A model generated the notes under the pieces. The model was given only the letters and a program-made list of their open reading frames with translations, was not told the DNA's origin and made no database searches. DNA of 64,000 nucleotides from an uncultured Chlamydiae bacterium (GTDB lineage Bacteria; Chlamydiota; Chlamydiia; Chlamydiales; Parachlamydiaceae), in contig CAVWGN010000001.1 in assembly GCA_963754655.1 (NCBI GenBank), forward strand, positions 288,001-352,000, in the 5' to 3' direction. A program made the position numbers and the translations under genes. The stretch's first letter is position 1. Each line of letters begins with the position of its first letter. Below are positions 32,711 through 42,096 of this stretch, one piece after another.

Positions 32711-33371
32711 GCCGGGACTTAACAAAGAACTGTTTTTGGGCTTGATATTCGTCGATTCAATTTAACAATACCCCGCCTGTAACAGGCTTTAGAGGCCTAT
32801 TTCTCGGAAATGACACGAAAAACATCAAGCCCAAAACAGTTCTTTGTTAAGTCCCGGCCATAGGCTAGGAACGAAATGCTTCTAGCAAACTCCAGAAGCT
32901 AAAATTGTCGCTCAAGCGGCGTTAGCCGCGCATGGATAGTAGCCGTGGGTGTAGGCGAAGCCGGAACCCACGGTGTATGGTAAAAAAAATGAAGCCACGT
33001 TAGTGGCGTAGGAAATGTGATTGTGGAGCAATGTTTATTTAAACGAATGCTACGCCACTAACGTGGCTCAAATTTGTTTTTTTTGTAACCGTGGGTTTCG
33101 GCTTGCGCCTACACCCACGGCTACTATCCATGCGCGGCTAACGCCGCTCGTCGCTGAGGGAAAGGATATGGATCAAGCAACATTGAAAAAACAAAGATAA
33201 AAATTCCGATTACCTAGCCATATGCCGGGACTTAACAAAGAACTGTTTTGGGCTTGATGTTTTTCGTGTCATTTTCGAGAAATATGCCTTTAAAGCCTGT
33301 TACAGCCGTGGTGTTGTTAAATTGACACGAAGAATATCAAGCCCAAAAACAGTTCTTTGTTAAGTCCCGAC
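32711..33371. mobile_element. About 660-bp composite MITE (B-C-B module) with 5-bp TSD CCAGG
   Basis: Ends GCCGGGACTTAACAAAGAACTG...CAGTTCTTTGTTAAGTCCCGAC; CCAGG at 32706-32710 and 33372-33376; inverted near-copy at 57292-57950. Confidence 0.9.
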
Positions 33372-33381
33372 CCAGGGCTAG

Positions 33382-33770
33382 GGTGTTCATTTTGTGCAAA
33401 AAATGAGCTTTATTTTTCACAATAATTGGCATAGTTGAATAGAAGGTCGCATGTTTATGCCGTCCTTTCAGGACTCGATGTCTTTTTGATAGAACCCAGG
33501 CCTCCGCTTCGCTGCGACCTGGGCTGTAGCATGACGGCCCTTCAGGCCTAACAAGAGATGTTTAAGTCCCTCTTCTATAGTCCCTAAATCATCTTTTTGT
33601 TAAGGCCTGAAGGGCCGTCATGTTACAGCCCAGGTCGCAGCGAAGCGGAGGCCTGGGTTCTATCAAAAAGACATCGAGTCCTGAAAGGACGGCATAAACA
33701 TGCGACCTTCTATTCAACTATGCCAATTATTGTGAAAAATAAAGCTCATTTTTTGCACAAAATGAACACC
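33382..33770. mobile_element. Family A full-length palindromic MITE (389 bp, arms about 180 bp)
   Basis: Ends GGTGTTCATTTTGTGCAAAAAATGAGC...GCTCATTTTTTGCACAAAATGAACACC; flanks CTAG/CTAA. Confidence 0.9.
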
Positions 33771-33824
33771 CTAACCCCGGGCTTTGAAGCAGTTCCAATG
33801 GGCAAAAACTAATGTGGTTGAGTA

Positions 33825-34727
33825 CTAGAGTTCCTTAGAGGAAGGATAAAGAGCCTTCAAAAAGCGCCATCGAAAAGATTGAGTGGCAGCCTGGTCTATG
33901 AATGCCTGAATAGCCAAAGGTGAAAGATGGCTAAATTGTTTAATCTCACTATCAAGTAAACGATAGAGAACGTGCCGGGCCTGTTGAGAAGAGTAAAGAG
34001 CCTCCAGATGTTGCAGGCAGTGTTGGAGAAGGCGATGCCGATAAATGAGTCGGCTCAAACCCAGAACAATCAATACAACGGGAAGAAGCTTCATCCACCA
34101 AGCGAGGATGATCATTTGAGGTCCCAAAGATAGAAGGGCAAAATCGGTCATGATAATGACTCCTAAAAGAAGGATAAAGAACAAGCTCTCTTTTGAAGAT
34201 TGCACGATGGGACCTAGCCAGCAACGCCAACTCGAAGAGGAGGATTGATAAGCGAGAATTTCTTCGAATTTGGGCTCTTGATAAAGCATGCGTCCCACAT
34301 GCGCTAATTCATGCGCAATGAGTTCATGCCGCTGGTAGAGGCCTAAAAAAGTTAGAGAGTTCCGAAAACGAGCACGTAGCTGCAAAAAAGCAGCAGTGGG
34401 AGTTTGAGCATTTAATTGAAAAATCCAAGCACAACCCCCATGCCAAGGAGATAGGTGGTAATTACTGAAAAAAAGTGGAACCCATTGCGGTTGGATACCG
34501 TATAGCTTTTGCGTAAATGGCAAAACCTCTTCTAATACCTTTTGTGAGTGTTGATCACTCACGTCAAATGGCAGATTTGCTCCAACGATTTGCACTAAAT
34601 GTTGTTCAAGATTCTGGCAAAAGGCAACGCGTTCTTGAAAGGCCTCTTGAGATTCTTCTGGGCCCGGAAGAAAACCTTGCTTGTTCCACTCTTGCCATTG
34701 GTTTAACTCCTTGGTTTCTTCGTTCAT
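33825..34727 (-). CDS. Hypothetical membrane protein with HExxH (possible zinc peptidase)
   Basis: AHELAH motif and two TM segments; start at MNEETK; its stop codon lies in the CTAG flanking element E. Confidence 0.75.
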   Translation of the reverse strand: MNEETKELNQWQEWNKQGFLPGPEESQEAFQERVAFCQNLEQHLVQIVGANLPFDVSDQHSQKVLEEVLPFTQKLYGIQPQWVPLFFSNYHLSPWHGGCAWIFQLNAQTPTAAFLQLRARFRNSLTFLGLYQRHELIAHELAHVGRMLYQEPKFEEILAYQSSSSSWRCWLGPIVQSSKESLFFILLLGVIIMTDFALLSLGPQMIILAWWMKLLPVVLIVLGLSRLIYRHRLLQHCLQHLEALYSSQQARHVLYRLLDSEIKQFSHLSPLAIQAFIDQAATQSFRWRFLKALYPSSKEL

Positions 34728-34929
34728 ATTCTTCCTTTTTTTGAGAAAAGATAAAGAATAAAAGAGTAAAGGCAAAGGAGAAAGTGCATTTCCTCGCAGA
34801 ATTTGACTTAATAACATGAATTTTAAATATCTAGACTTATAATATTAAATATTGTAAATTATTGAATTACTAAATTAACAAAACAATTAATTTATATATT
34901 ATAATAATTTTTTAAAAGTAATAACAATT

Positions 34930-35177
34930 ATGCAAATTAATTTTTTAATGCATTTGATGTGCCAAACACTTCAAAGGAAACTTTGTTAGATAGTTTACTT
35001 CCTAATGAGATATTGAAAATTGTTTTTGATCAGGTTGTCAATCAAAGCCAACCTTTACGTGATATTTCTTCTATTTTACTTACCTGTCAAAAATGGAAAG
35101 ATATTCTTGAGGAAAATCCTGCATCTGTTCCTAAAAACGTGTTAAAACGTGTTTATTTTGTTTCGCTCTCTGGTTGA
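34930..35177 (+). pseudogene. F-box protein remnant (apparently frameshifted and truncated)
   Basis: LLPNEILKIVFDQV...ISSILLTCQKWKDIL F-box pattern; the ATG at 34930 joins this frame if one T is added to the T6 run at 34941-34946. Confidence 0.6.
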
Positions 35178-35529
35178 CCGCCCGGTTTGCGAAATCATTT
35201 CTGCCGGCTGTGATATTTTTCTTATCTCGAAAGGCATGTGTGAACTCATGCCTTATGCGGTTTCTAGAGTCCTGCCCGGAACAGTCGCCGGTTGCCCGGC
35301 TTCCAATCGGCGATGGAACCGATCTAGAAGAATGCTTTTTACTTGGCTAAAAGGCATGATTCGCCCGATGGTGTCATCGCCAACTCTTATGTAAAAGGAG
35401 TTGTCCATTCATGCAATAGAGGATGAGCATATATTTTGCTTGAAAGGTGACGGGGTTTGTGGCACGCTGGATCTGTTTCTATTTAAAAAATTGAGTTAAA
35501 GCTTGTTTGGAAGGGGAAGGGAACTTGTT

Positions 35530-37182
35530 ATGTTAGTAGACGACTATGAAGAATTTACGGAAAGTCAAATTAAGTTATTAAAACGCTATGTTACAAATTC
35601 TTCTAGCCACATTTTTGTTTTGCGCAATTTGCCGGAAGTCATTAAAGGGGCTCTTTTTTCGCGTTATTCACGCTCAAATCTGGGATTGCGTACGCTTTTG
35701 CTTAAAGAATTTATCACCAATAATGATGAAGCTGCTTTTGAGTCAATTGTAGGGAAAGTTGCAGCCGATGATGAAGAGCGGCAAGCTCACGAACAGATAG
35801 ATTCCATTAAAAAAGCCCAAGCTTTTTATGATCGCATTTTGGATGGATATGGGGATGATTCAATTGGCGAGTTAGGGGGCGCACATTTAGCCATTGAAAA
35901 TATTTCGATGATTGCAGCTAAGCTATTAGAAGATAGCCGCATTGGTGGTTCTCCTTTAGAGAAATCGACACGTTATATTTATTTCGATCAGAAAGTCAAG
36001 GGTGAATATCTCTTTTATCGAGAACCTATTCTTATGACATCGGCTTATCGCGACAAATATGTCGATACCTGCAATATGTTGTTTGAAACTTATAGTCGTT
36101 TAATTCCTCCTATGACAACAGTGATGGAACAATGTTTTCCTAAAGATCCTTTGATTTCTAAAACTGCCTATACAGCAGCTTTGCGAGCAAAAGTGCTGGA
36201 TTGCCTGCGTGGTTTATTGCCAGCTGGGACATTGACTAATATGGGTATTTATGGCAATGGCCGTTTCTTTGAGCAGCTAATTCACAAATTGCACTGCCAA
36301 AATCTTGCTGAATTGCAAGAAATTGGCAAACGAAGCTATGAAGAGCTTGCCAAGGTCATTCCTTCTTTTGTGCGGCGTGCAAATCCAACTCATCGCTCAC
36401 ATCAAAACTATGCTCAATTTTATGAGACGATGCAATCCGAGCTCAAGCTCATTGGGGAGCAACATTTACCTGATTGCCAGCGTTCCTTGCAAACTGGAGT
36501 CAAATTGATTTCTTATGACTCCGATGCAGTCTCTCATGTCGCTGCTGCTCTTTTATTCGCCATTAGCAATAAAGGATTGCCGGAACTTAGACAATATTGC
36601 AAAAAATTGTCTGATGAAGAGATTGCGCGTATTCTTGACGCCGGTTGCAATGCGCGTGAAAATCGTCGTCATAAATCTCCTAGGGCCTTGGAACATGCTA
36701 ACTTCACTTTTGAGATTGTCACCGATTTTGGTGTCTATCGTGATTTGCATCGTCATCGAATGTTAACACAGGAGCGCCAATTCTTGTGTTGTGATTATGG
36801 ATTTTATATTCCGCCTGAAATCAAAGAGACGTCTTATGAAGAAGAATATCGTGATGCTCTTCAACAAGCAAAAGAAGTCTATGATTTGATCGCAGCTGAA
36901 TTGCCAGAAGAAGCTCAATATGTGGTTCCAATGGCGTATCATATTCGCTGGTATTTCCATGTTAATTTGCGGGCTTTACAATGGCTATGTGAATTACGCT
37001 CTTCGCCTGCTGGTCATCCAAGCTATCGATATATCGCTCAGATCATGGCTCGGCAAGTCTGCGATCTCTTCCCGGCATTTGAACGTTTCTTTAAGTTTTT
37101 GGATTATGAAGGCTATGAACTAGGTCGTTTGGAACAAGAACAGCGCAAATTCAATAAGCAGCAGCAGTCTTTATCCCTTTAA
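35530..37182 (+). CDS. thyX: Flavin-dependent thymidylate synthase, long tandem-domain chlamydial type
   Basis: YGDDSIGELG, EKSTRY, RDLHRHR and QERQ; about 550 aa with two ThyX-like halves. Confidence 0.93.
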   Translation: MLVDDYEEFTESQIKLLKRYVTNSSSHIFVLRNLPEVIKGALFSRYSRSNLGLRTLLLKEFITNNDEAAFESIVGKVAADDEERQAHEQIDSIKKAQAFYDRILDGYGDDSIGELGGAHLAIENISMIAAKLLEDSRIGGSPLEKSTRYIYFDQKVKGEYLFYREPILMTSAYRDKYVDTCNMLFETYSRLIPPMTTVMEQCFPKDPLISKTAYTAALRAKVLDCLRGLLPAGTLTNMGIYGNGRFFEQLIHKLHCQNLAELQEIGKRSYEELAKVIPSFVRRANPTHRSHQNYAQFYETMQSELKLIGEQHLPDCQRSLQTGVKLISYDSDAVSHVAAALLFAISNKGLPELRQYCKKLSDEEIARILDAGCNARENRRHKSPRALEHANFTFEIVTDFGVYRDLHRHRMLTQERQFLCCDYGFYIPPEIKETSYEEEYRDALQQAKEVYDLIAAELPEEAQYVVPMAYHIRWYFHVNLRALQWLCELRSSPAGHPSYRYIAQIMARQVCDLFPAFERFFKFLDYEGYELGRLEQEQRKFNKQQQSLSL

Positions 37183-37444
37183 CTTTATCCCTTTAAATTG
37201 CTTCCTTTGTTAGCTTAAATTAGGATGTTGTTTATAAATCCAACTATGCTTAATGCGTATGCAGCCAGCGTCGCTAAGTAGCAAAAAAAACTCAACTATA
37301 GGGGTCTGAAACACTATAAGAGAGCAATTTTGTTTAAAGTCTAGCCTACGACTTGAGGTGAGCTATTTTATGCCATCTGTGAGCCATTTTGAGCCATCTT
37401 TTCGCAAACTGAAAAATTTTGAGAGAAAAGCATTTTTTTATTTA

Positions 37445-37473
37445 TTGACATCTTAAAATCGGTTAATTATGCT
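37445..37473 (+). promoter_or_regulatory. Sigma70-type (sigma66) promoter
   Basis: TTGACA-17 nt-TATGCT upstream of the ORF at 37566. Confidence 0.65.
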
Positions 37474-37565
37474 CTTATTCTTTAAGCACAACCAAAAAGG
37501 AGGCAAGATCCCAAAAATCAATTGTTGAATCATTTTTTCACACCACTTAACTAAGGATTTACAAA

Positions 37566-38108
37566 ATGAAAAAACTACAAAAGAAATTATTTAATATATT
37601 TGCTGCATCTGCATTAATGTTTCTTGTTAACCCTTTAGTTCAAGCAGTAGATTGTTCTAAATCTACGGAAGCTCACCCTTATTCTTACTTGCAGGAATAC
37701 CCTTGGTTGGGACTCATTATGAATGAAGTCACCTATGGTCCAATTACGTTATCTGATATCCGCCTTAATGAAGGAAGTTCGCTCGCAATTGTAAAACCTG
37801 GTGAAATTGTTAATGGAGAATTAAAATACCGGGTCGATTCTAGTCATCAAGAAGCGTTCCATCGATATCACTTAGTTGTGGGTCTCAAAGGATTTGGAGC
37901 ACAAGATTGTGTCACCCATACATGGGGTATTTGGGACAGCAGTGGCAAGGGGAGTTTTACCCTTAAAGCGCCTCTAGAACCAGGATTATACGAAGTGCGT
38001 TTTGTTTATCATGAGGCTCCAACTTGTGAAGAAGCACGCAGCGTATGGAATAGTGAAAGTGGAGAACCTTCAAGTTTTGCTACAATTGGAGCAATCATTG
38101 TTGAATAA
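37566..38108 (+). CDS. Secreted hypothetical protein (beta-rich, Ig-like)
   Basis: Signal peptide ending in VQA; C-terminal GSFTLKAPLEPGLYEVRFVY. Confidence 0.75.
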   Translation: MKKLQKKLFNIFAASALMFLVNPLVQAVDCSKSTEAHPYSYLQEYPWLGLIMNEVTYGPITLSDIRLNEGSSLAIVKPGEIVNGELKYRVDSSHQEAFHRYHLVVGLKGFGAQDCVTHTWGIWDSSGKGSFTLKAPLEPGLYEVRFVYHEAPTCEEARSVWNSESGEPSSFATIGAIIVE

Positions 38109-38249
38109 TCGCGTTCTCCGCCCAGTGGATAGTCCATACGGGCTATCCCTTCTCCTCTCTTCTTGCCACATTCCCTTTGTTCGATTGAAAAAAAAGTCGA
38201 CTAAAAAAATTAAATTGCTTAATATATGTTTATTAAAAGATGTTATCGT

Positions 38250-38306
38250 ATGATAAGTGCAATTTTTTTTCATCCTAGCTTTTTTTTCTTTTTTTGGTGG
38301 CGCTAG
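38250..38306 (+). promoter_or_regulatory. Putative Phe/Trp-sensing leader peptide MISAIFFHPSFFFFFWWR*
   Basis: ATG at 38250; 7 Phe codons (5 consecutive), then TGG TGG CGC TAG; ends 100 bp upstream of tyrP-tyrP-trpS. Confidence 0.7.
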
Positions 38307-38406
38307 CCACTAACTATTCTTTTGCGTTTATATTTTTCTTTAAATTTCATTCTTAATCGGCGGCTCGAAAGGCTGGCTCAAACCAAATTTTTATCGTAGG
38401 ATCATC

Positions 38407-39597
38407 ATGAATGTTCAGTCCATTCGTAAGGGAAGCTTATTAGGTGGCACTTTGCTAGTGGCAGGCTGCTGCATTGGGGCCGGGATGCTTGGCTTACCCG
38501 TTTTAAGTGCTCAAGCAGGTTTTCAACCTTCTATTGTCATGTTTTTTCTTTGCTGGCTTTTTATGGTTTGCACGGGATTGCTGCTGTTAGAAGTCAATCT
38601 TTGGTATGGTGAAGAAATTAGCATCATTACAATGGCGGGGCGTACCTTGGGAAGGGGAGGGAAAGTGGTCAGTTGGTTGGTCTTTCTTTTTCTTTTTTAT
38701 TCTTTGATGATTGCCTATGTGGCAGCCAGTGGATCGCTGATCACTGATTTTATTGGAGAAATGACGGGCCATTATTGGCATCAGGCTTTCGGTGGTTTGC
38801 TGTTTTGTGTGCTTTTTGGAATTTTGCTCTATTTAGGTACGGGAGCGGTGGATTGGTTTAATCGACTGCTTATGTTGGGGCTTGTGTTGTCTTATGTGAG
38901 TTTAGTGGTTGTCGGTTCTTCACATGTCAATTCTGAACTTTTGAAGCATCAGGATTGGACAGCTGCTACAATGGTTATTCCTGCGGTGATTGTTTCTTTT
39001 GGCTTTCATAATTTAGTTCCTAGCTTGACAACTTATTTTCACTGTCAGATTAAGCCATTAAAATGGTCTATCATTTTGGGAAGCGCGATTCCTCTTGCCA
39101 TTTATTTGATTTGGGAATGGATCATTTTAGGCATTGTTCCCCTTCAAGAATTCAAAGCAGCTTTGGATCAAGGAGAAATTGCCACCGAAGCACTTAAGAA
39201 TGCTGTGGGGGCTTCTTGGGTTGTCGATGTGGCGCAAGCGTTTGCCTTTTTTGCGATTTTGACTTCCTTTTTAAGCGTGGCCTTAAGTTTTATCGATTTT
39301 TTAGCCGATGGGTTGAATATAAAAAAGACTCCTAAAGGAAAGGTGATATTGACTTTGCTCGTCTTAGGTCCTCCTTTCTTATGTGCATTGCTTTATCCCG
39401 CTATCTTCTTGATTGCATTGAATACGGCTGGAGGATTTGGAGCAGTGATTTTATTTGGAATTTTGCCGGCTCTCATGGTGTGGAAAGGGCGTTATACTCA
39501 GAAATTAGGTCATCCTGAATTAGTGCCTGGAGGCAAGCCCTTGTTGATTCTCATTATTGGATTTGCTGTCGGAGTTATGGCCTTACAATTTGTTTAA
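38407..39597 (+). CDS. tyrP: Aromatic amino acid permease (TyrP/Mtr family), copy 1
   Basis: GGTLLVAGCCIGAGMLGLP, SFGFHNLVPSL and FFAILTSFL. Confidence 0.93.
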   Translation: MNVQSIRKGSLLGGTLLVAGCCIGAGMLGLPVLSAQAGFQPSIVMFFLCWLFMVCTGLLLLEVNLWYGEEISIITMAGRTLGRGGKVVSWLVFLFLFYSLMIAYVAASGSLITDFIGEMTGHYWHQAFGGLLFCVLFGILLYLGTGAVDWFNRLLMLGLVLSYVSLVVVGSSHVNSELLKHQDWTAATMVIPAVIVSFGFHNLVPSLTTYFHCQIKPLKWSIILGSAIPLAIYLIWEWIILGIVPLQEFKAALDQGEIATEALKNAVGASWVVDVAQAFAFFAILTSFLSVALSFIDFLADGLNIKKTPKGKVILTLLVLGPPFLCALLYPAIFLIALNTAGGFGAVILFGILPALMVWKGRYTQKLGHPELVPGGKPLLILIIGFAVGVMALQFV

Positions 39598-39617
39598 TCA
39601 TTAGTATAATAGGAATT

Positions 39618-40862
39618 ATGAAGACAACTCACCGCCTAATAGGAGGCGTTTTATTGGTGTCCGGTACTACGATTGGAGCCGGAATGCTTGCATTACCTAT
39701 TGTCACAGGATTTGCTGGCTTTTGGCCATCCATCGTCCTTTTCATTATTTACTGGTTGTATATGACTTTCACGGCTTTTCTTATGCTAGAAGTCAATTTG
39801 TGGATGGAAGAGCATACTAATCTTATCACAATGGCAAAAAGAACTTTAGGGAGAGGCGGCCAAATTTTCAGTTGGATCATTTACCTTTTCTTGCTCTATA
39901 CGTTGACAACCGCTTATCTGGCTGGCGGCGGTCCCATTTTCATTGAAGCAATTGAAGCATTCACTGGTTGGCAATTTCCCGCTTGGGTCAATCCTTTTCC
40001 CTTGTTGATTATTTTTGGATTTTTTGTCTATCAGGGCGCTCAGTCAGTCGATGTTGTGAATCGTTTGCTCATGCTAGGTTTAGCCATTTCTTATGTCTTG
40101 ATGGTTGTTTTTTTGACTCCTCATGTTCAAGGATCATTATTGACGCATGCGAACTGGCCAGCGGTTTGGATGGCTGTATCCATTGTCTCGACATCCTTTG
40201 GCTTTCACATCATCATCCCCACGCTGACTGACTATTTACATCGCGATGTTAAACAACTGAGGTTGGTTTTAATCATTGGAAGTTTAATTCCCCTGTTTGT
40301 CTATATCAGCTGGGAATTGTTAACATTAGGAATTATTCCTTTGCAAGGTTCGACAGGGCTTGCAGAAGGCTATCAAAAAGGGATTGATGGAGCGACTTTG
40401 CTAGGGATCTACTTGGGGCAAACTGAACTGAGCTTACTTGCTCGCCTTTTTTCTCTCTTTGCCATTGTGACTTCCTTTTTAGGTGTTTCTTTGAGCTTGC
40501 GCGACTTCTTAGCTGATGGATTGAGAATTCAAAAGACCCAAAAAGGGCGTTTAGTGCTCTATTTATTGACATTTGTTCCTCCTTTGGCCATTACGTTGAT
40601 TGATCCCCGTGCCTTTTTAAATGCGCTTGAATATGCAGGAGCATTTGGTGTGGTGACGCTACTCGGATTGTTTCCCGTTCTCATGGTTTGGAGAGGACGC
40701 TATGTGCAGCAACGAACAGGAGAATTTCGCACTCCTGGAGGACAATGGACATTGGCTATTGCTCTTGTGATTTCCCTTGCTGTTATTGGACTAGAAATTG
40801 CCAGCAAAACTAATTATTTAACCTTTTTTTCTTCTAATTTAGAAAAAGTGAGTCAACCATGA
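39618..40862 (+). CDS. tyrP: Aromatic amino acid permease (TyrP/Mtr family), copy 2
   Basis: [30 protein letters not shown] and [10 protein letters not shown]. Confidence 0.93.
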   Translation: MKTTHRLIGGVLLVSGTTIGAGMLALPIVTGFAGFWPSIVLFIIYWLYMTFTAFLMLEVNLWMEEHTNLITMAKRTLGRGGQIFSWIIYLFLLYTLTTAYLAGGGPIFIEAIEAFTGWQFPAWVNPFPLLIIFGFFVYQGAQSVDVVNRLLMLGLAISYVLMVVFLTPHVQGSLLTHANWPAVWMAVSIVSTSFGFHIIIPTLTDYLHRDVKQLRLVLIIGSLIPLFVYISWELLTLGIIPLQGSTGLAEGYQKGIDGATLLGIYLGQTELSLLARLFSLFAIVTSFLGVSLSLRDFLADGLRIQKTQKGRLVLYLLTFVPPLAITLIDPRAFLNALEYAGAFGVVTLLGLFPVLMVWRGRYVQQRTGEFRTPGGQWTLAIALVISLAVIGLEIASKTNYLTFFSSNLEKVSQP

Positions 40863-41911
40863 CAGAAAAAAAACGCATCCTGACTGGAGATCGTCCCACA
40901 GGAAATTTGCATCTGGGTCACTGGGTAGGTTCGATTAAAAATCGAGTGGCTCTACAAGATCAGTACGACTGTTACTTTATTATTGCTGATTTACATACGT
41001 TGACGACAAAACCACAAAAAGAAAACATCTTGCAACTTAGGGATTTTGCCCGTAGCATGGTTCTTGATTACTTAGCTTGTGGTATTGATCCCAAGAAATC
41101 CACTATTTATTTGCAATCAGCAACACCAGCTGTTTACGAAATGAATCTTATCTTTGAAATGCTTATTTCATTCAATCGCCTATCAGGTTTACCTAGCATC
41201 AAAGAAATGGCGCGCAACGCCCATTTGGATAGCGATCATGTTCCTTTTGGATTGATTGGTTATCCCGTTTTGCAAACAGCTGATATTTTGATGCCCCGTG
41301 CTCATTTGGTTCCCGTTGGCAAGGATAATGAAGCTCATATTGAATTGGCACGCGATATTGCGCGTCGCTTTAACCAGTATTATGGTGAAGTCTTCCCTTT
41401 ACCTGATGCCATGTTAAGCGAAACACCTACTTTGATTGGTACAGATGCTAAAGGGAAAATGAGCAAATCAGCGCAAAATGCAATTTTCCTTTCCGATGAT
41501 GCCCATACAGTGGAAAAAAAGGTTAAGGGAATGTATACCGATCCCAATCGCATCCACGCCCATCTGCCTGGAACAGTTGAAGGAAATCCCGTTTTTATTT
41601 ACCACGATATTTTCAATCCACGGCGAGAAGAGATCGAAGATCTCAAGAGGCGTTATCGTGAAGGAAAAGTGGGCGATGTAGAAGTCAAAGCAAAGCTCAT
41701 CGTTGCCCTTAATGAATTCCTTGATCCTATCCGTGAACGTCGTAAAATCTTTGAAAATGAAAAGGGATTAGTAGAAGAAATCATCTACAATGGAACAGAA
41801 AAGATGAATGAAATTTCGCAAGCTACTCTCAAAGAAATGCGCAGTGCGATGGGATTGGGAGGAGCCTGGAATAAAATTTCACGCATGGCACGGGAACGGA
41901 AGAAAAATTGA
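40859..41911 (+). CDS. trpS: Tryptophan--tRNA ligase
   Basis: [29 protein letters not shown] and KMSKS; ATGA overlap with the second permease. Confidence 0.98.
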   Translation: MTEKKRILTGDRPTGNLHLGHWVGSIKNRVALQDQYDCYFIIADLHTLTTKPQKENILQLRDFARSMVLDYLACGIDPKKSTIYLQSATPAVYEMNLIFEMLISFNRLSGLPSIKEMARNAHLDSDHVPFGLIGYPVLQTADILMPRAHLVPVGKDNEAHIELARDIARRFNQYYGEVFPLPDAMLSETPTLIGTDAKGKMSKSAQNAIFLSDDAHTVEKKVKGMYTDPNRIHAHLPGTVEGNPVFIYHDIFNPRREEIEDLKRRYREGKVGDVEVKAKLIVALNEFLDPIRERRKIFENEKGLVEEIIYNGTEKMNEISQATLKEMRSAMGLGGAWNKISRMARERKKN

Positions 41912-42096
41912 GTATGTAAGCAATATCTATAAATAATTGATTTAAAAATAGAATTTGTAGTATATTAATTGTTAACTATTTTCTTATTTAGATCAAAAAT
42001 AAGGATTTTAATTCTAATTAAATTTTTGATTTGTGAATGATTTAATAAAGAGATTAAAATTAGGGGAAATATCCAATTTTTAGAGGAAAGATTTGA

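Larger units (their letters stand above)
32598..33824. mobile_element. Family E outer element enclosing nested palindromic elements
   Basis: Left TACTCGTTTACATGAGTTTTTGCCTATTGGCACTGCTTCAAAGCCCGGGG pairs imperfectly with right CCCCGGCTTTGAAGCAGTTCCAATGGGCAAAAACTAATGTGGTTGAGTA; flanks TTAG/CTAG. Confidence 0.8.

Noticed and set aside
32598..33824. Possible CRISPR array
   Set aside because: The repeats are long inverted arms, not short direct repeats with unique spacers, and no cas genes are present.
35460..35476. TGGCAC upstream of thyX as a sigma54 site
   Set aside because: No TTGC at the -12 position (reads TGGCACGCTGGATCT).
35530..37182. Double-length ThyX as a novel fusion
   Set aside because: Tandem-domain ThyX is the known chlamydial form.
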